From assembly GCA_963740355.1 (NCBI GenBank), contig CAVUDW010000002.1:544001-608000 (forward strand): a stretch of 64,000 nucleotides of DNA, given 5' to 3'. This DNA is from an uncultured Gemmatimonadaceae bacterium (GTDB lineage: Bacteria > Gemmatimonadota > Gemmatimonadetes > Gemmatimonadales > Gemmatimonadaceae). Both the position numbers and the translations under genes were made by a program. Below the pieces are notes generated by a model. It did no database searches. It was not told the DNA's origin and was given only the letters and a program-made list of their open reading frames with translations. This document shows positions 48,364 to 57,970 of the stretch, one piece after another (the first letter of the stretch is position 1; every line of letters begins with the position of its first letter).

Positions 48364-50178
48364 ATGCCCGCAGCCACTCGCGCCCGCCCAACCCTCGACG
48401 CCACCGTCGACGTCGAGACGCCGGAACAGGTCATCGTCTCGTACACGCTCGCCGGCATCGGAACGCGTGGCGCCGCAGCACTGATCGACCTCGTCCTCAT
48501 GCTCGTGCTCACAGGCACGCTCTGGTATGTCGGCGCCTCGATCCCGCGCCTCATGCCGACGTTGCGCGACTTCGGCGGCAAGAGCTGGGTCAACGCGGTG
48601 CTCATCATCGGCCAGTTCCTGATTCTCTGGGGCTTCTTCGTCGTCTTCGAGGCGCTGTGGGACGGACAGACACCGGGCAAGCGATTGCTGGGCCTGCGCG
48701 TGGTGCGAAATGGCGGTGGCGGTGTCGATATCGGCGCCAGCGCCGCGCGTAACCTCATTCGCTTCATCGACTTTCTGCCGTTCGGCTATTTCGTCGGCAT
48801 GATCTGCATCATTGCCAACCAGCGGAACCAACGGCTTGGCGACCTGGTCGCCGGAACGATCGTGGTGCGCGAGCGGCTGCTGCGTCACGCCCGCGCGAAC
48901 GCCACCGCCAGTGCCGTCGAGGATGATGGTGTGGTGATCGTCGCCACGCTCGACGATGATCGATTCGCGCTACTCGATCGGTTCGTGACGCGTGAGGCCA
49001 CACTCGATGATGCGTCGCGCGCACGAATCGCCGCGGCGCTGGTCTCGCGGCTCGGCGTCGACGTTCGCACCGACGCGGTGGCGGCACTGCGGATTCTGCA
49101 CCAGCGCGAACTGCTCGCACGACGAAACCTGCGCCCCACCAGCAGCTCGACTGGCACGCGACGAGAGGAGTGGGCCGTGGTCGCGGAAGGCCGGCCGCGA
49201 TGGGAGGCCTTCTCCACCGAGCTCACCGACACCCGGAAGCGTGGCCTGAACGCGCTCAGCGAGGACGAGGTCACGGCCTTCGTCGAATCGTATCGTGAGG
49301 TGGCAACCGATCTGGCCCGACTCCGGACGGCGGACCGCGGCCGCGGCGGTGATGCCGTGTTCACGCTCTCGCGGCTCGTCTCGGCCGGCCACAACCTGCT
49401 TTATCGCCGCCCGTCGCAGGGCATCGAGCGCGTGGGCCGATTCATCGCGTTCGACGTACCGCGCGAAGTACGCCGGAGTTGGCGCCATCTCGCCGTCGCG
49501 GCGGCGCTGCTGTTCGTGCCGGCCATCGGAACCATCGTCGCCATCGTGCGGCAACCCTCGCTCGCAGCGCGGATGCTGCCGCCGGGAATGATCGAGCGTG
49601 CAGAAGAGGGGCAGAAGCGTGGCAATACCGGCGCTGACTACCTGCCGAATGGCGAGGAGGAAAAAGGCTCGGTACTCTCGGCCTTCCTCATGACCAACAA
49701 CATCCGCGTGTCGATGGTGGCATTTGCCGGTGGCGTCACGGCCGGAATTCTCACGGTGTACGCACTGGTGTTCAATGGTATCGCGGCCCTTGGCGCCGGC
49801 GTCGGCCTCTACATCACGAAGGGGATCGGCGGGCAGATTCTCGGCTTCGTCGCGGCGCACGGTGTGCTCGAGCTGAGCGCGATCTGCATTTCCGGGGCGG
49901 CGGGGCTGCTGCTCGCCACGGCGATGCTGGTGCCGGGCGATCGCACGCGTCGCGAAGCGCTGGCCGCCAACGGCTTGCGATCGCTGCACCTGGTGACGTG
50001 CGTGGTGATCTTCCTCATCCTGGCCGGAATCATCGAGGGCAACATCTCGCCGTCGAAGCTGCCTGACAGCGCGAAGTACGCCACGTCAGTCATCACCGCC
50101 ATCGGCATGGTCTGGTACCTGTCGCTCGGCCAAACCCGCGCCGCCGACGACAGGACTACAGCTCGCCCCGCGCCTTGA
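48364..50178 (+). CDS. RDD domain fused to SpoIIM/DUF95 membrane protein
   Basis: N-terminal RDD motifs (ETPE, RGAAALID, GQTPGK, QRLGDLVAGT); C-terminal DUF95 motifs (NNIRV, FNG, HGVLEL, AGIIEG). Confidence 0.88.
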   Translation: MPAATRARPTLDATVDVETPEQVIVSYTLAGIGTRGAAALIDLVLMLVLTGTLWYVGASIPRLMPTLRDFGGKSWVNAVLIIGQFLILWGFFVVFEALWDGQTPGKRLLGLRVVRNGGGGVDIGASAARNLIRFIDFLPFGYFVGMICIIANQRNQRLGDLVAGTIVVRERLLRHARANATASAVEDDGVVIVATLDDDRFALLDRFVTREATLDDASRARIAAALVSRLGVDVRTDAVAALRILHQRELLARRNLRPTSSSTGTRREEWAVVAEGRPRWEAFSTELTDTRKRGLNALSEDEVTAFVESYREVATDLARLRTADRGRGGDAVFTLSRLVSAGHNLLYRRPSQGIERVGRFIAFDVPREVRRSWRHLAVAAALLFVPAIGTIVAIVRQPSLAARMLPPGMIERAEEGQKRGNTGADYLPNGEEEKGSVLSAFLMTNNIRVSMVAFAGGVTAGILTVYALVFNGIAALGAGVGLYITKGIGGQILGFVAAHGVLELSAICISGAAGLLLATAMLVPGDRTRREALAANGLRSLHLVTCVVIFLILAGIIEGNISPSKLPDSAKYATSVITAIGMVWYLSLGQTRAADDRTTARPAP

Positions 50179-51505
50179 TCGACAGGTAGCGGTTGACGAG
50201 TGCGGCGCTCATGGCCTGGGGTGGCACATCGAGCACCTGCACGCCGGCGCGGCGCATGCGAAGCAGCGCATCCGCGCGGGCATCGAGCAGCGACTCAGCT
50301 GCGGCGCCACGCCACGCCGCTGCTTCGCTCCCCTGCGCCGCCGGCTGCGCCACAGCCACCAGCGAGTCGTTGCGGAGCGCGAGGAACACGGTCACGTGAC
50401 GCAGGGCAGCGTGGCGTGTCTGCGTGACCACGGCACGGCTGGCACGCACGTCGATCACATCGCTGAGGCAGATCACCAGCGCGCGTGAGCGCTGCCGCTG
50501 TGCCAGTGTGCGGAAGGCGAGCGCGTAGTCCGGCTCCACCAAACGCGCATCAGACGCGGCGAGGGTGCTGCGAATGGCTCGCATCGCCGCCGTACCGGTC
50601 GACGGCGGCACCCACCCTCGGATCTGGTCGTCGAACACCAGCAACCCGATCTTGTCGCGACCCTGCAGCGCCACGTCGGCAAGTACGAGGCAGGAGTTGA
50701 TCGCGTACTCGAAGCGCGACCGATCACCGGCCATCTGGGTCATCAGGCGACCGGCGTCGAGTGCCAGAATCACCGTTTGTCCCTGCTCGACGGTGTATTG
50801 TCGCACCTGCGCGGTGCCACGACGCCCACTGGCCTTCCAGTCGATGTGTCGCGGATCGTCACCGGCGACGTATTCGCGCAACGAGTCGAACGTCATGCCA
50901 CCACCGCGGCGTCGCACCTGACGCACACCGGCATCGCGCAACCGACGCTGCACCGCCAGCAAACGGAACTTCCGCACCTGCGAGAGCGATGGCACGACGT
51001 CGACCTGGTCATCGAGGGCGATGTCGCGCACGACGTCCATCAGGCCAAGGGGGCCGTGCACCCGAAGTGCGACCGGGCCCAACGCAGCAGGTCCGCGTCG
51101 CACACCGCGGATCGGCGAGACGACTGACACGCTCTGCATGGCAGGGAGGTGCACCTGTTCAGCGTGCACGGCGCCGCCACCAAGCGACGGTGCCACGCGT
51201 TCCGCAAGAACCAGCGTCAGGTCGTGCGGCCACGCCGAGTTGATCGTATGCGTGATGGTGTCATCGTCGCCGGATCCAAGCTGTGCCGGTGCCGCGCGAG
51301 TCACCGACACCGCATCCCGCGGCGGCAGTCGCAACGCATCTGAAACAGCGGCACCCAGCACCACGGCGATCGCCACCACGCCTGGCAACATCGACCACGG
51401 TGCAGGAAGCGGCACGAGCCAGAGCAGCGCGGCAGCCACCAGCCAGAGCGCAAGCCGCGGCGTGGGGACGAAGCTGGTGACGATCGCGAAGACGCGTCGG
51501 ATCAC
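50156..51505 (-). CDS. DUF58 (vWA-like) protein
   Basis: FDSLREYVAGDDPRHIDWKASGR, LDAGRLM. Start approximate. Confidence 0.9.
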   Translation of the reverse strand: MIRRVFAIVTSFVPTPRLALWLVAAALLWLVPLPAPWSMLPGVVAIAVVLGAAVSDALRLPPRDAVSVTRAAPAQLGSGDDDTITHTINSAWPHDLTLVLAERVAPSLGGGAVHAEQVHLPAMQSVSVVSPIRGVRRGPAALGPVALRVHGPLGLMDVVRDIALDDQVDVVPSLSQVRKFRLLAVQRRLRDAGVRQVRRRGGGMTFDSLREYVAGDDPRHIDWKASGRRGTAQVRQYTVEQGQTVILALDAGRLMTQMAGDRSRFEYAINSCLVLADVALQGRDKIGLLVFDDQIRGWVPPSTGTAAMRAIRSTLAASDARLVEPDYALAFRTLAQRQRSRALVICLSDVIDVRASRAVVTQTRHAALRHVTVFLALRNDSLVAVAQPAAQGSEAAAWRGAAAESLLDARADALLRMRRAGVQVLDVPPQAMSAALVNRYLSIKARGEL

Positions 51506-51509
51506 GCGC

Positions 51510-52475
51510 TCAGACCGGTGCCGGTACGCGAAGCAGCACTGCGGCCAGTACGTCGTCGGTGGTGCGCCCTTCGACATCGAGCTCGGGGCTCAGGATCAAG
51601 CGATGGCGCAGCGCCGCCGGCGCGAAACCCTTCACATCATCTGGCGTCACGAAGTCGCGGCCGGCAAGCATTGCTGCTGCGCGTGCAACACGCAGCAGCG
51701 CCACCGAGGCTCTCGGTGATGCGCCGAGAGCGAGCGACGGATCCTCGCGCGTGGCGCGGACCACGGCGGCGATGTAGGCCACCACCTCAGGGGCGATCGT
51801 GACGCGATCGGTCGCGGCGCGCAATGCATCCAGCTGCTCGGCGGTGATGGCCGCGGCGTCGCCCGACAGTGCGCGCTCCGGATCGTCGCCTCGCGCGTGC
51901 GCTTGCAACATCGCCAGCTCGTCGGCGGCTGCGGGATATCCGACACGCACCTTCACTAGGAAGCGGTCGAGCTGTGCTTCCGGCAACGGATACGTCCCCT
52001 CGAACTCCACCGGATTCTGCGTTGCGACCACGGTGAATCGCTGGCCGAGGTCATGGCGAATGCCATCCACGGTCACCTGCTTTTCCTGCATCGCCTCCAG
52101 CAGCGCCGCCTGCGTCTTCGCCGGTGCACGATTGATTTCGTCCGCCAGCAGGATGTCCGCGAACAGCGGGCCCGGACGAAACTCGAATCGACCATCGCTA
52201 CCGCGCAGCACCGACGTACCGGTGATGTCGGCTGGCATCAGGTCAGGCGTGAACTGAATCCGGCCGAAGTGTACGCCGCAGGCGCCGGCAACCACGCGCA
52301 CGAGCAGCGTCTTGGCGACGCCGGGAACACCCTCGAGCAATACATGCCCGCGGGCCAGGAGCGCCGCGAGCAGCTCGTCGATCGCGGCATCCTGGCCGAC
52401 GATGCGACGCCGAATCGCGGTGCGAAGGGCGGCAACGGAATTGGCGGATGGAAGCGACTGGTCAGGCGAAGTCAT
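51510..52475 (-). CDS. moxR: MoxR family AAA+ ATPase
   Basis: LEGVPGVAKT, RIQFTPDLMP, DEINRA, ATQNPVE, LPEAQLDRF. Confidence 0.95.
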   Translation of the reverse strand: MTSPDQSLPSANSVAALRTAIRRRIVGQDAAIDELLAALLARGHVLLEGVPGVAKTLLVRVVAGACGVHFGRIQFTPDLMPADITGTSVLRGSDGRFEFRPGPLFADILLADEINRAPAKTQAALLEAMQEKQVTVDGIRHDLGQRFTVVATQNPVEFEGTYPLPEAQLDRFLVKVRVGYPAAADELAMLQAHARGDDPERALSGDAAAITAEQLDALRAATDRVTIAPEVVAYIAAVVRATREDPSLALGASPRASVALLRVARAAAMLAGRDFVTPDDVKGFAPAALRHRLILSPELDVEGRTTDDVLAAVLLRVPAPV

Positions 52476-52523
52476 GTGCGTGTGGAAGGTCGGTCATGGA
52501 GCAGGAGCGACACAGGCGTGTCA

Positions 52524-53858
52524 TCACGTCAGGCACTCCGCATCAATGTGCGCTGCAGCCTTACGCAGTGCGGGGAGATCATTCGGTGCTGCGGGGGATT
52601 CCATCGCCAGCGACAGTCGTGCCACATCGTCCGCAATGACCGGGTGACGCTCGGCGAGGGCGGCCAGAAACGCCGCGTCATCGAGTGTCCGCCAACGGCC
52701 CGCCGCGTGGCGCCGCCGGATGCCACGCGCCAGCATGCGGGCCACTGTTCGCGTGCCGCGTACTGCCTGCCACGCGGTCGCGAGGGCATCGACATGCTCC
52801 AGCGCCGAGCGACGCTCCTCGCGCAGTCGGTACACAGGCGCCAGTGTGCGACGGCCGCGCGCCAGCAGCAGCACCATGCACGCGGCGATCATCGTCAGCA
52901 GCATTCGACCCAGCCCGGTGCCGCGCAGCCATTCCCACAGCACGACGCCAGGACCGTCACTGCGGACACCCTGATAGTACTCGGCAAAGACGATGGTGCG
53001 ATCGCGGCCTTCGGAGAGGTATTCGAGGCTGCGAACGATGGTCAGTGCCGACCCCATGCTGCAGTTGCGCATCTGGTCGGTGCGCAACAAGTCGGGATCG
53101 GCCAGGGCCACGACGCGGCCGCGACCCAGTGGAAAGGCGACCACCGTTGGCCGCATTTCCTTCGTGGCCTTTGCGCTGTCCGGCGCGGGCTTCACGGCCG
53201 GTGTCGCGTCGACAAGGTCATCGTTGCTGCCGTCGTCCGAGACCGACACTTCGCTCGACAGCAGCGTCCGCGCATTCCGCGGATACGGGACTGGCGTCGC
53301 CGACTCGTTTGGTGCGGCGGCGGCGGTGTCGAAGGTCAACATCCGGCTGCGCACGCGCAACGCCGAGAATGCATCGGTTTCCGGAGGGCACTTGCCGAGT
53401 GGCGTTGCGCCGACGAATCCAGCGGGCCCTTGGCGGAGCCCGAGCGATTGCAACAACCGGGACGGCTCTGAGCCCGATGGTGCGATCAGCATTCCGGCGC
53501 CGCGCGTCACCGCATCCTGCAGTACTCGCCGCTCGGCTGGCGACATCGGCGTCGGTCCGGCAAACACCGCATAGATGACATTGGAGTCGAGCACACCTGA
53601 CAGCGGCGTACTGCGCGTCCGGACCTGCCAGCCAAGCCGGCGTGCCAGGTCCGATGCCAGCTTCGCGTTGCCGGGGCCGTACTTGAGGGTCGTCAGCCGG
53701 GTGTCGCTGGCATCGTCAGTCACCGGTGTGAGCAACACCACGAGGGTGACCAGCGCCAGCAGCAATCCAAGTGTGATCATCGTTCCGCGTCGTGCACGCT
53801 TTCGTTCGGCGTCGGTGTCGTCGCTGGCGACGATGTCCGCCACTTGCACGGTGGCCAT
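52524..53858 (-). CDS. DUF4350-like membrane-anchored protein
   Basis: Two TM segments flanking an extracytoplasmic domain (GRGRVVALADP, FAEYYQG); usual position in MoxR clusters. Confidence 0.7.
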   Translation of the reverse strand: MATVQVADIVASDDTDAERKRARRGTMITLGLLLALVTLVVLLTPVTDDASDTRLTTLKYGPGNAKLASDLARRLGWQVRTRSTPLSGVLDSNVIYAVFAGPTPMSPAERRVLQDAVTRGAGMLIAPSGSEPSRLLQSLGLRQGPAGFVGATPLGKCPPETDAFSALRVRSRMLTFDTAAAAPNESATPVPYPRNARTLLSSEVSVSDDGSNDDLVDATPAVKPAPDSAKATKEMRPTVVAFPLGRGRVVALADPDLLRTDQMRNCSMGSALTIVRSLEYLSEGRDRTIVFAEYYQGVRSDGPGVVLWEWLRGTGLGRMLLTMIAACMVLLLARGRRTLAPVYRLREERRSALEHVDALATAWQAVRGTRTVARMLARGIRRRHAAGRWRTLDDAAFLAALAERHPVIADDVARLSLAMESPAAPNDLPALRKAAAHIDAECLT

Positions 53859-54499
53859 CAGGCGGCGCGCTCCGTGATCGGTTGCGGTTCGGCGAGGAGC
53901 ATTGGCGACGCAAGCTGCTCGAGGCGACCGAAGCGTACAGAATCACAGAGACCGTCGCCGTAGGCCACGACGTCATACACCTGCGCGAACGCGAAGTACG
54001 GCGCGCTGAAGGGGTCGGCGGTGGCGCGCAGGTCGCGACCATAGTCACCCACCGTCTTCGATGGATGTCGACGCACCCGCTTCTGCTCCACCAGGCGCGT
54101 GACGACAGCCGCGTGCAGCAGGTGCGCCGCTTCCACGTACGCCCCCTGCGCCGCGAGTCCGCGCGCCTGCTGCAGTTGTTCGCCGGAGGTGATCTGGACT
54201 TCACGACGGTTCGCGGCTTGACGTCGCGCGCGCGCCACGATCACCGCGCGCGCCACACTCACGGCAATGGCCGCTGCTATCAGCGACAACGAGATCAGGT
54301 ACGTGCCACGACTCCCGCTCGCCTGCGTGAAGAGGTCGCCGAGCAATCGCGTGAACCAGTCCCAGAATCGCGAGAGCAGCGTCGAGGTGAAGTTCTCGCG
54401 GTAGCCGCGCTCGAGCACGATACGGGAAATGGTGTCGCGTACGGCGGCGGCGGGGATCGGTGCCTGCAACAACAGTGCGCTCAACTGGACCACGCTCAA
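53858..54499 (-). CDS. DUF4129-like membrane protein
   Basis: TM segment, then AAHLLH...KTVGDY...YDVVAYG; coupled to both neighbours. Confidence 0.72.
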   Translation of the reverse strand: MSVVQLSALLLQAPIPAAAVRDTISRIVLERGYRENFTSTLLSRFWDWFTRLLGDLFTQASGSRGTYLISLSLIAAAIAVSVARAVIVARARRQAANRREVQITSGEQLQQARGLAAQGAYVEAAHLLHAAVVTRLVEQKRVRRHPSKTVGDYGRDLRATADPFSAPYFAFAQVYDVVAYGDGLCDSVRFGRLEQLASPMLLAEPQPITERAA

Positions 54500-55407
54500 C
54501 CGGCGGACAGCGATGTGTCGCCCGACAAGGCGTCGAGCGCCGCATCGAGATCGGCGCCTTCGCGTCGCACACGCAGGTCGGCGTACGTCAGCAGCATGAT
54601 GCTACCGATGATTGGCACGACCGGAATGATGATGACGCTCATCAGCGCCTGCACCATCTGCTGCTTGTCCTGAAAGGCCGCCAGCAATCCGGCCAGGACG
54701 AGATAGACCACGCCCACGATGACGACGACGAGGCCGTACGTCTTGGCCAGCAGGAAGTAGTTGCCGCGCGACAGCGCCTGCGAACGCTTGAGCGCCTCGA
54801 TTGGCCCCAGGCCTTCGGCGACGACGAGCGAGGTCATGATCGCCGACCGTGCGAAGATCGTGAGAAACACGAAGAGCATGATGACGAGGATGACCACTGC
54901 GGCCAGCACGGCGCTGACCGCAACGCCTGGGGTCCCGCCGGCAAGTGCCCCGAGCGTCGAGCCGCTCGACACCGCGATGAACGCCGCCACGGCGATGACC
55001 GGCACTGCGACGATCACGAGGACCAGCGCGAGCAGAAGATTCGCGCCGAGCAGCGCGAAGATCCGTCGGAACGCAGCCAGAAACGCGTTCCAGACGGTCG
55101 GCAACGTCTCACCACGCAGCAGGGCCAATGCCCCGCTGATGATGGCGCCGGATTGCACCGTCGCAAAGGCGTACGTCAGCAGCGAGAGCGGCAGCAGCGA
55201 CGCCTGTTGCCGCAGCAGGACCACTGGATCGGTGGGTGTCGTCGGGAAGACGATCAGGGTGATGATCGCCTGGATCAGCGATGGAATGGCCCCGATGGCC
55301 GCGATCCGCAGGAAGTAGCTGAACTGCGGTCGAATCAACTGCACCGCGCCATCCACGATCTCCGTGGCGGATCGCGGCGGCAACGGCGGCAGGGAAGGGA
55401 CAGGCAC
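54496..55407 (-). CDS. Multi-pass membrane protein of the MoxR cluster
   Basis: EIVDGA, EGLGPIEALKRS, YADLRVRREGADL. Start uncertain. Confidence 0.75.
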   Translation of the reverse strand: MPVPSLPPLPPRSATEIVDGAVQLIRPQFSYFLRIAAIGAIPSLIQAIITLIVFPTTPTDPVVLLRQQASLLPLSLLTYAFATVQSGAIISGALALLRGETLPTVWNAFLAAFRRIFALLGANLLLALVLVIVAVPVIAVAAFIAVSSGSTLGALAGGTPGVAVSAVLAAVVILVIMLFVFLTIFARSAIMTSLVVAEGLGPIEALKRSQALSRGNYFLLAKTYGLVVVIVGVVYLVLAGLLAAFQDKQQMVQALMSVIIIPVVPIIGSIMLLTYADLRVRREGADLDAALDALSGDTSLSAG

Positions 55408-55810
55408 TGGGGTGTCGGTCAGGGGGGAGTGCGCTGGTCTTGCGGCCAGCAACCATCAGTACGGTAGCATGCCAACACGGCTACGTCTTCGGCGGTTCGT
55501 CTCGACGCCTGCGATGTGCTAGCGCTACCGGGCTGATTCGGCCGGCAGCACGGGCTCCGGGTAAGGCGTGTCGCGTCGAGCAATATGGTTGAGTCTGGTG
55601 CGTCGAATGTGTGGTAGCGTCGCCACGGAATGCCGCGATATGGAAGAGTCTGCCGGTGCTGATCGTGAACGACGCGCGCGTGCCACAGGCAGGCGTCCTG
55701 CTGCGTAAGATCTGTATTCACAATCACTTGCCATGCAGAGTCCGTCAACCACTGACCGAGCGATACAGTCTGGAGCAATTTCAGATGAACTCGCTCTCGT
55801 TAGTTGAGCG

Positions 55811-55827
55811 GCGGAACGTGACTTGCC
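55811..55827 (+). promoter_or_regulatory. Candidate sigma-54 (-24/-12) promoter
   Basis: CGGAAC-GTGAC-TTGC gives GG-N10-GC about 95 bp upstream of the PEP-CTERM gene. Confidence 0.5.
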
Positions 55828-55922
55828 CTCTTTGCTTTTCGATGTTGGGTGCTCAGTTGGATCAGGCCACTGAGCGCTGCTGCCTATACGACAGCAACAT
55901 CGCCCCCCCGGAGGTATTGCTC

Positions 55923-56987
55923 ATGAGAGTTCTGGTTACGCTCGCCGCGCTAACCATGGCAGCCAGCTCGGCTGCCTCCGCTCAGGCCACGTTCGTGACC
56001 CTGACACACCCCGTTGAATCGTATGTCGTCGTCGGAGACTCGACGGTCGGCGCCGGCGTGGGCATCGACAACCCGCTCTACCTGCCGCCGTCGACGGACA
56101 ACAACTACTCGGGCGTCGTCAACCTGTGGCTCGATGATCTGGACCTGAATCAGCGCTTCGGCTGCACCGGAACGTTGCTCTCGAACCGCCACATCCTGAT
56201 TGCCGCGCACTGCGTGACGACCGCGGGCACCGTGACCACGGATCGCTTCACGGCCCGATTCCGGAACGCCGACGGCACGTTCACGACCGTGACGGGCACG
56301 AAGATCTCGGTGCAGACGAACTACAGCGGCAATGTGCTCGAAGAGCAGGACGTCGCGGTCCTGACGCTCAGCGCCGATGCTCCGGCGTCTGCACGCCGCT
56401 ACACGCTGTTTCAGGGCAACCCGCTCGTCGACTACACCATGGCCGGCTACGGCCGCACGGGTACCGGCGTCACGGGTGGCACGAATAACGTCGCCAACAA
56501 CCAGTTCGGCGCCGTGAACGTCCTGCGCGCCGGCCGCAACACCTTCGAGACGACGGCCAACGATGCGGGCAGCTTCGCCACCATCGCCAACCCGAATCCG
56601 GGTGCGTTCGGTGGTATCCTGGTTTCGGACTTCGATCGCATCGGGCAAAACACCGCTAGCGCCATCTGCGCCTCCCTCGGCGTCTGTGGGAGTGGTGTCG
56701 ACCTCGAATCGTCGATCGGTAGCGGCGACTCGGGTGGTGCGGCGTTCTCCAACACATGGGAAGTGCTTGGCGTGGCCTCGTGGGGCAGCACGCGGAACGG
56801 TGTTGGTGGCCTCTACGGCAGCTACTTCGGCTACGCATGCGTCGCGAATTACTCCGCCAACGCGAATTGCCAGGCGAACTACAACTTCGTGATGGGTGTG
56901 GTACCTGAACCGTCGACCTATGTGCTGATGGTCACCGGTCTCGTCGGCCTCTTCGGCGTCGCCCGTCGCCGCACGCTCCGCAGCTGA
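55923..56987 (+). CDS. Trypsin-like serine protease with a PEP-CTERM sorting signal
   Basis: Signal peptide; triad motifs IAAHC, DVAVL and GDSGG; C-terminus VPEPSTY-TM-RRR. Confidence 0.92.
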   Translation: MRVLVTLAALTMAASSAASAQATFVTLTHPVESYVVVGDSTVGAGVGIDNPLYLPPSTDNNYSGVVNLWLDDLDLNQRFGCTGTLLSNRHILIAAHCVTTAGTVTTDRFTARFRNADGTFTTVTGTKISVQTNYSGNVLEEQDVAVLTLSADAPASARRYTLFQGNPLVDYTMAGYGRTGTGVTGGTNNVANNQFGAVNVLRAGRNTFETTANDAGSFATIANPNPGAFGGILVSDFDRIGQNTASAICASLGVCGSGVDLESSIGSGDSGGAAFSNTWEVLGVASWGSTRNGVGGLYGSYFGYACVANYSANANCQANYNFVMGVVPEPSTYVLMVTGLVGLFGVARRRTLRS

Positions 56988-57060
56988 CACGCACGAGCAT
57001 CGTCCGCGCGCTCCAACCCGCGCGCTCGATCTAGCGAACGAGGGACCACCCTCCCGCACC

Positions 57061-57109
57061 AACGACGCAGGCCAGCCGATCCCCGGATCGCTGGCCTGCG
57101 TCGTTTTTT
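57061..57109 (+). terminator. Intrinsic terminator
   Basis: AACGACGCAGGCCAGC...GCTGGCCTGCGTCGTT followed by a T run. Confidence 0.85.
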
Positions 57110-57177
57110 GTAGCACACCCTCGCCCTGCGCCGACATGAGCAATGCGCGATCGTCGCTCGTGCGTGCCGCACCAACG

Positions 57178-57448
57178 GTCCACACATTCAAACGCGCGGA
57201 GGCGCGGAGGACGCGGAGCCGCGGAGGTTCGCTCGCGGTAGCAGCGTCGCGCGCAGCTCGGAGGTTGAACTGCAGGAGAACTGCGCTCGCCTCCGTTGGG
57301 TACGAAGCACATCACAGCGGTACGTGACTACACACCCAGCGAAACGCAGTTGTCATTCACACGCACTGACCTCTCCGCCGCCAAAGGCGTCTAATGCTGT
57401 TCCCCGCGGCTCCGCGTCCCCCGCGACTCCGCGTGAGGGAGTGTGGAC
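57178..57448. mobile_element. Second copy of the GTCCACAC-ended MITE/REPIN-like element
   Basis: Begins GTCCACAC and ends GTGTGGAC. Arms are similar to 37719-38102 (inverted), but the centre differs. Confidence 0.75.
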
Positions 57449-57546
57449 AGTCAGGCGAAAGCGCAGCGTCGCCGCAAACGACGGAATGACGGGCGACGCG
57501 GAGAATGCGGAGGACGACGACCGTTCTACCGCCTCGCATCGCGCAG

Positions 57547-57960
57547 TTAGAACGTGACCTTGCTCGCGCCTGACTTGAGCTCGATGTGGCAGCGCGACGG
57601 ATCGAGGCCGAGGACGATGCGGGTGCGGCGAGTGCGGCGGGCGTGCGTGAAGGTAACGTCGAATGGTTCGCCCGTCGGGCGCAGGTCGGTCAGGGTGCCG
57701 TCCTCCAGGACCTTGTACTCACCACCACTGCCGAGCGCTTCTACGCGCGGTAGTCGTGCACGGGTGCGAACCCGTGTGACGATGATGCTCGCATCGGAGA
57801 TCGGCGCGCCGGCGCGATCGACCAGGCGCAGTATGATCGCGCGCGCCGACATGTCGCAGACCTGCTCGCCGGCCGGAAGCCGCGCACTGGCCGGACGCTG
57901 CGCGGTCGCTGCTGTTGCAGCGACCGCGAGCAAGAATCCAATCCGGAAGACAACCTGCAT
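57547..57960 (-). CDS. Hypothetical secreted protein
   Basis: Signal peptide; beta-rich sequence with two Cys. Confidence 0.6.
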   Translation of the reverse strand: MQVVFRIGFLLAVAATAATAQRPASARLPAGEQVCDMSARAIILRLVDRAGAPISDASIIVTRVRTRARLPRVEALGSGGEYKVLEDGTLTDLRPTGEPFDVTFTHARRTRRTRIVLGLDPSRCHIELKSGASKVTF

Positions 57961-57970
57961 CAACGATCCG

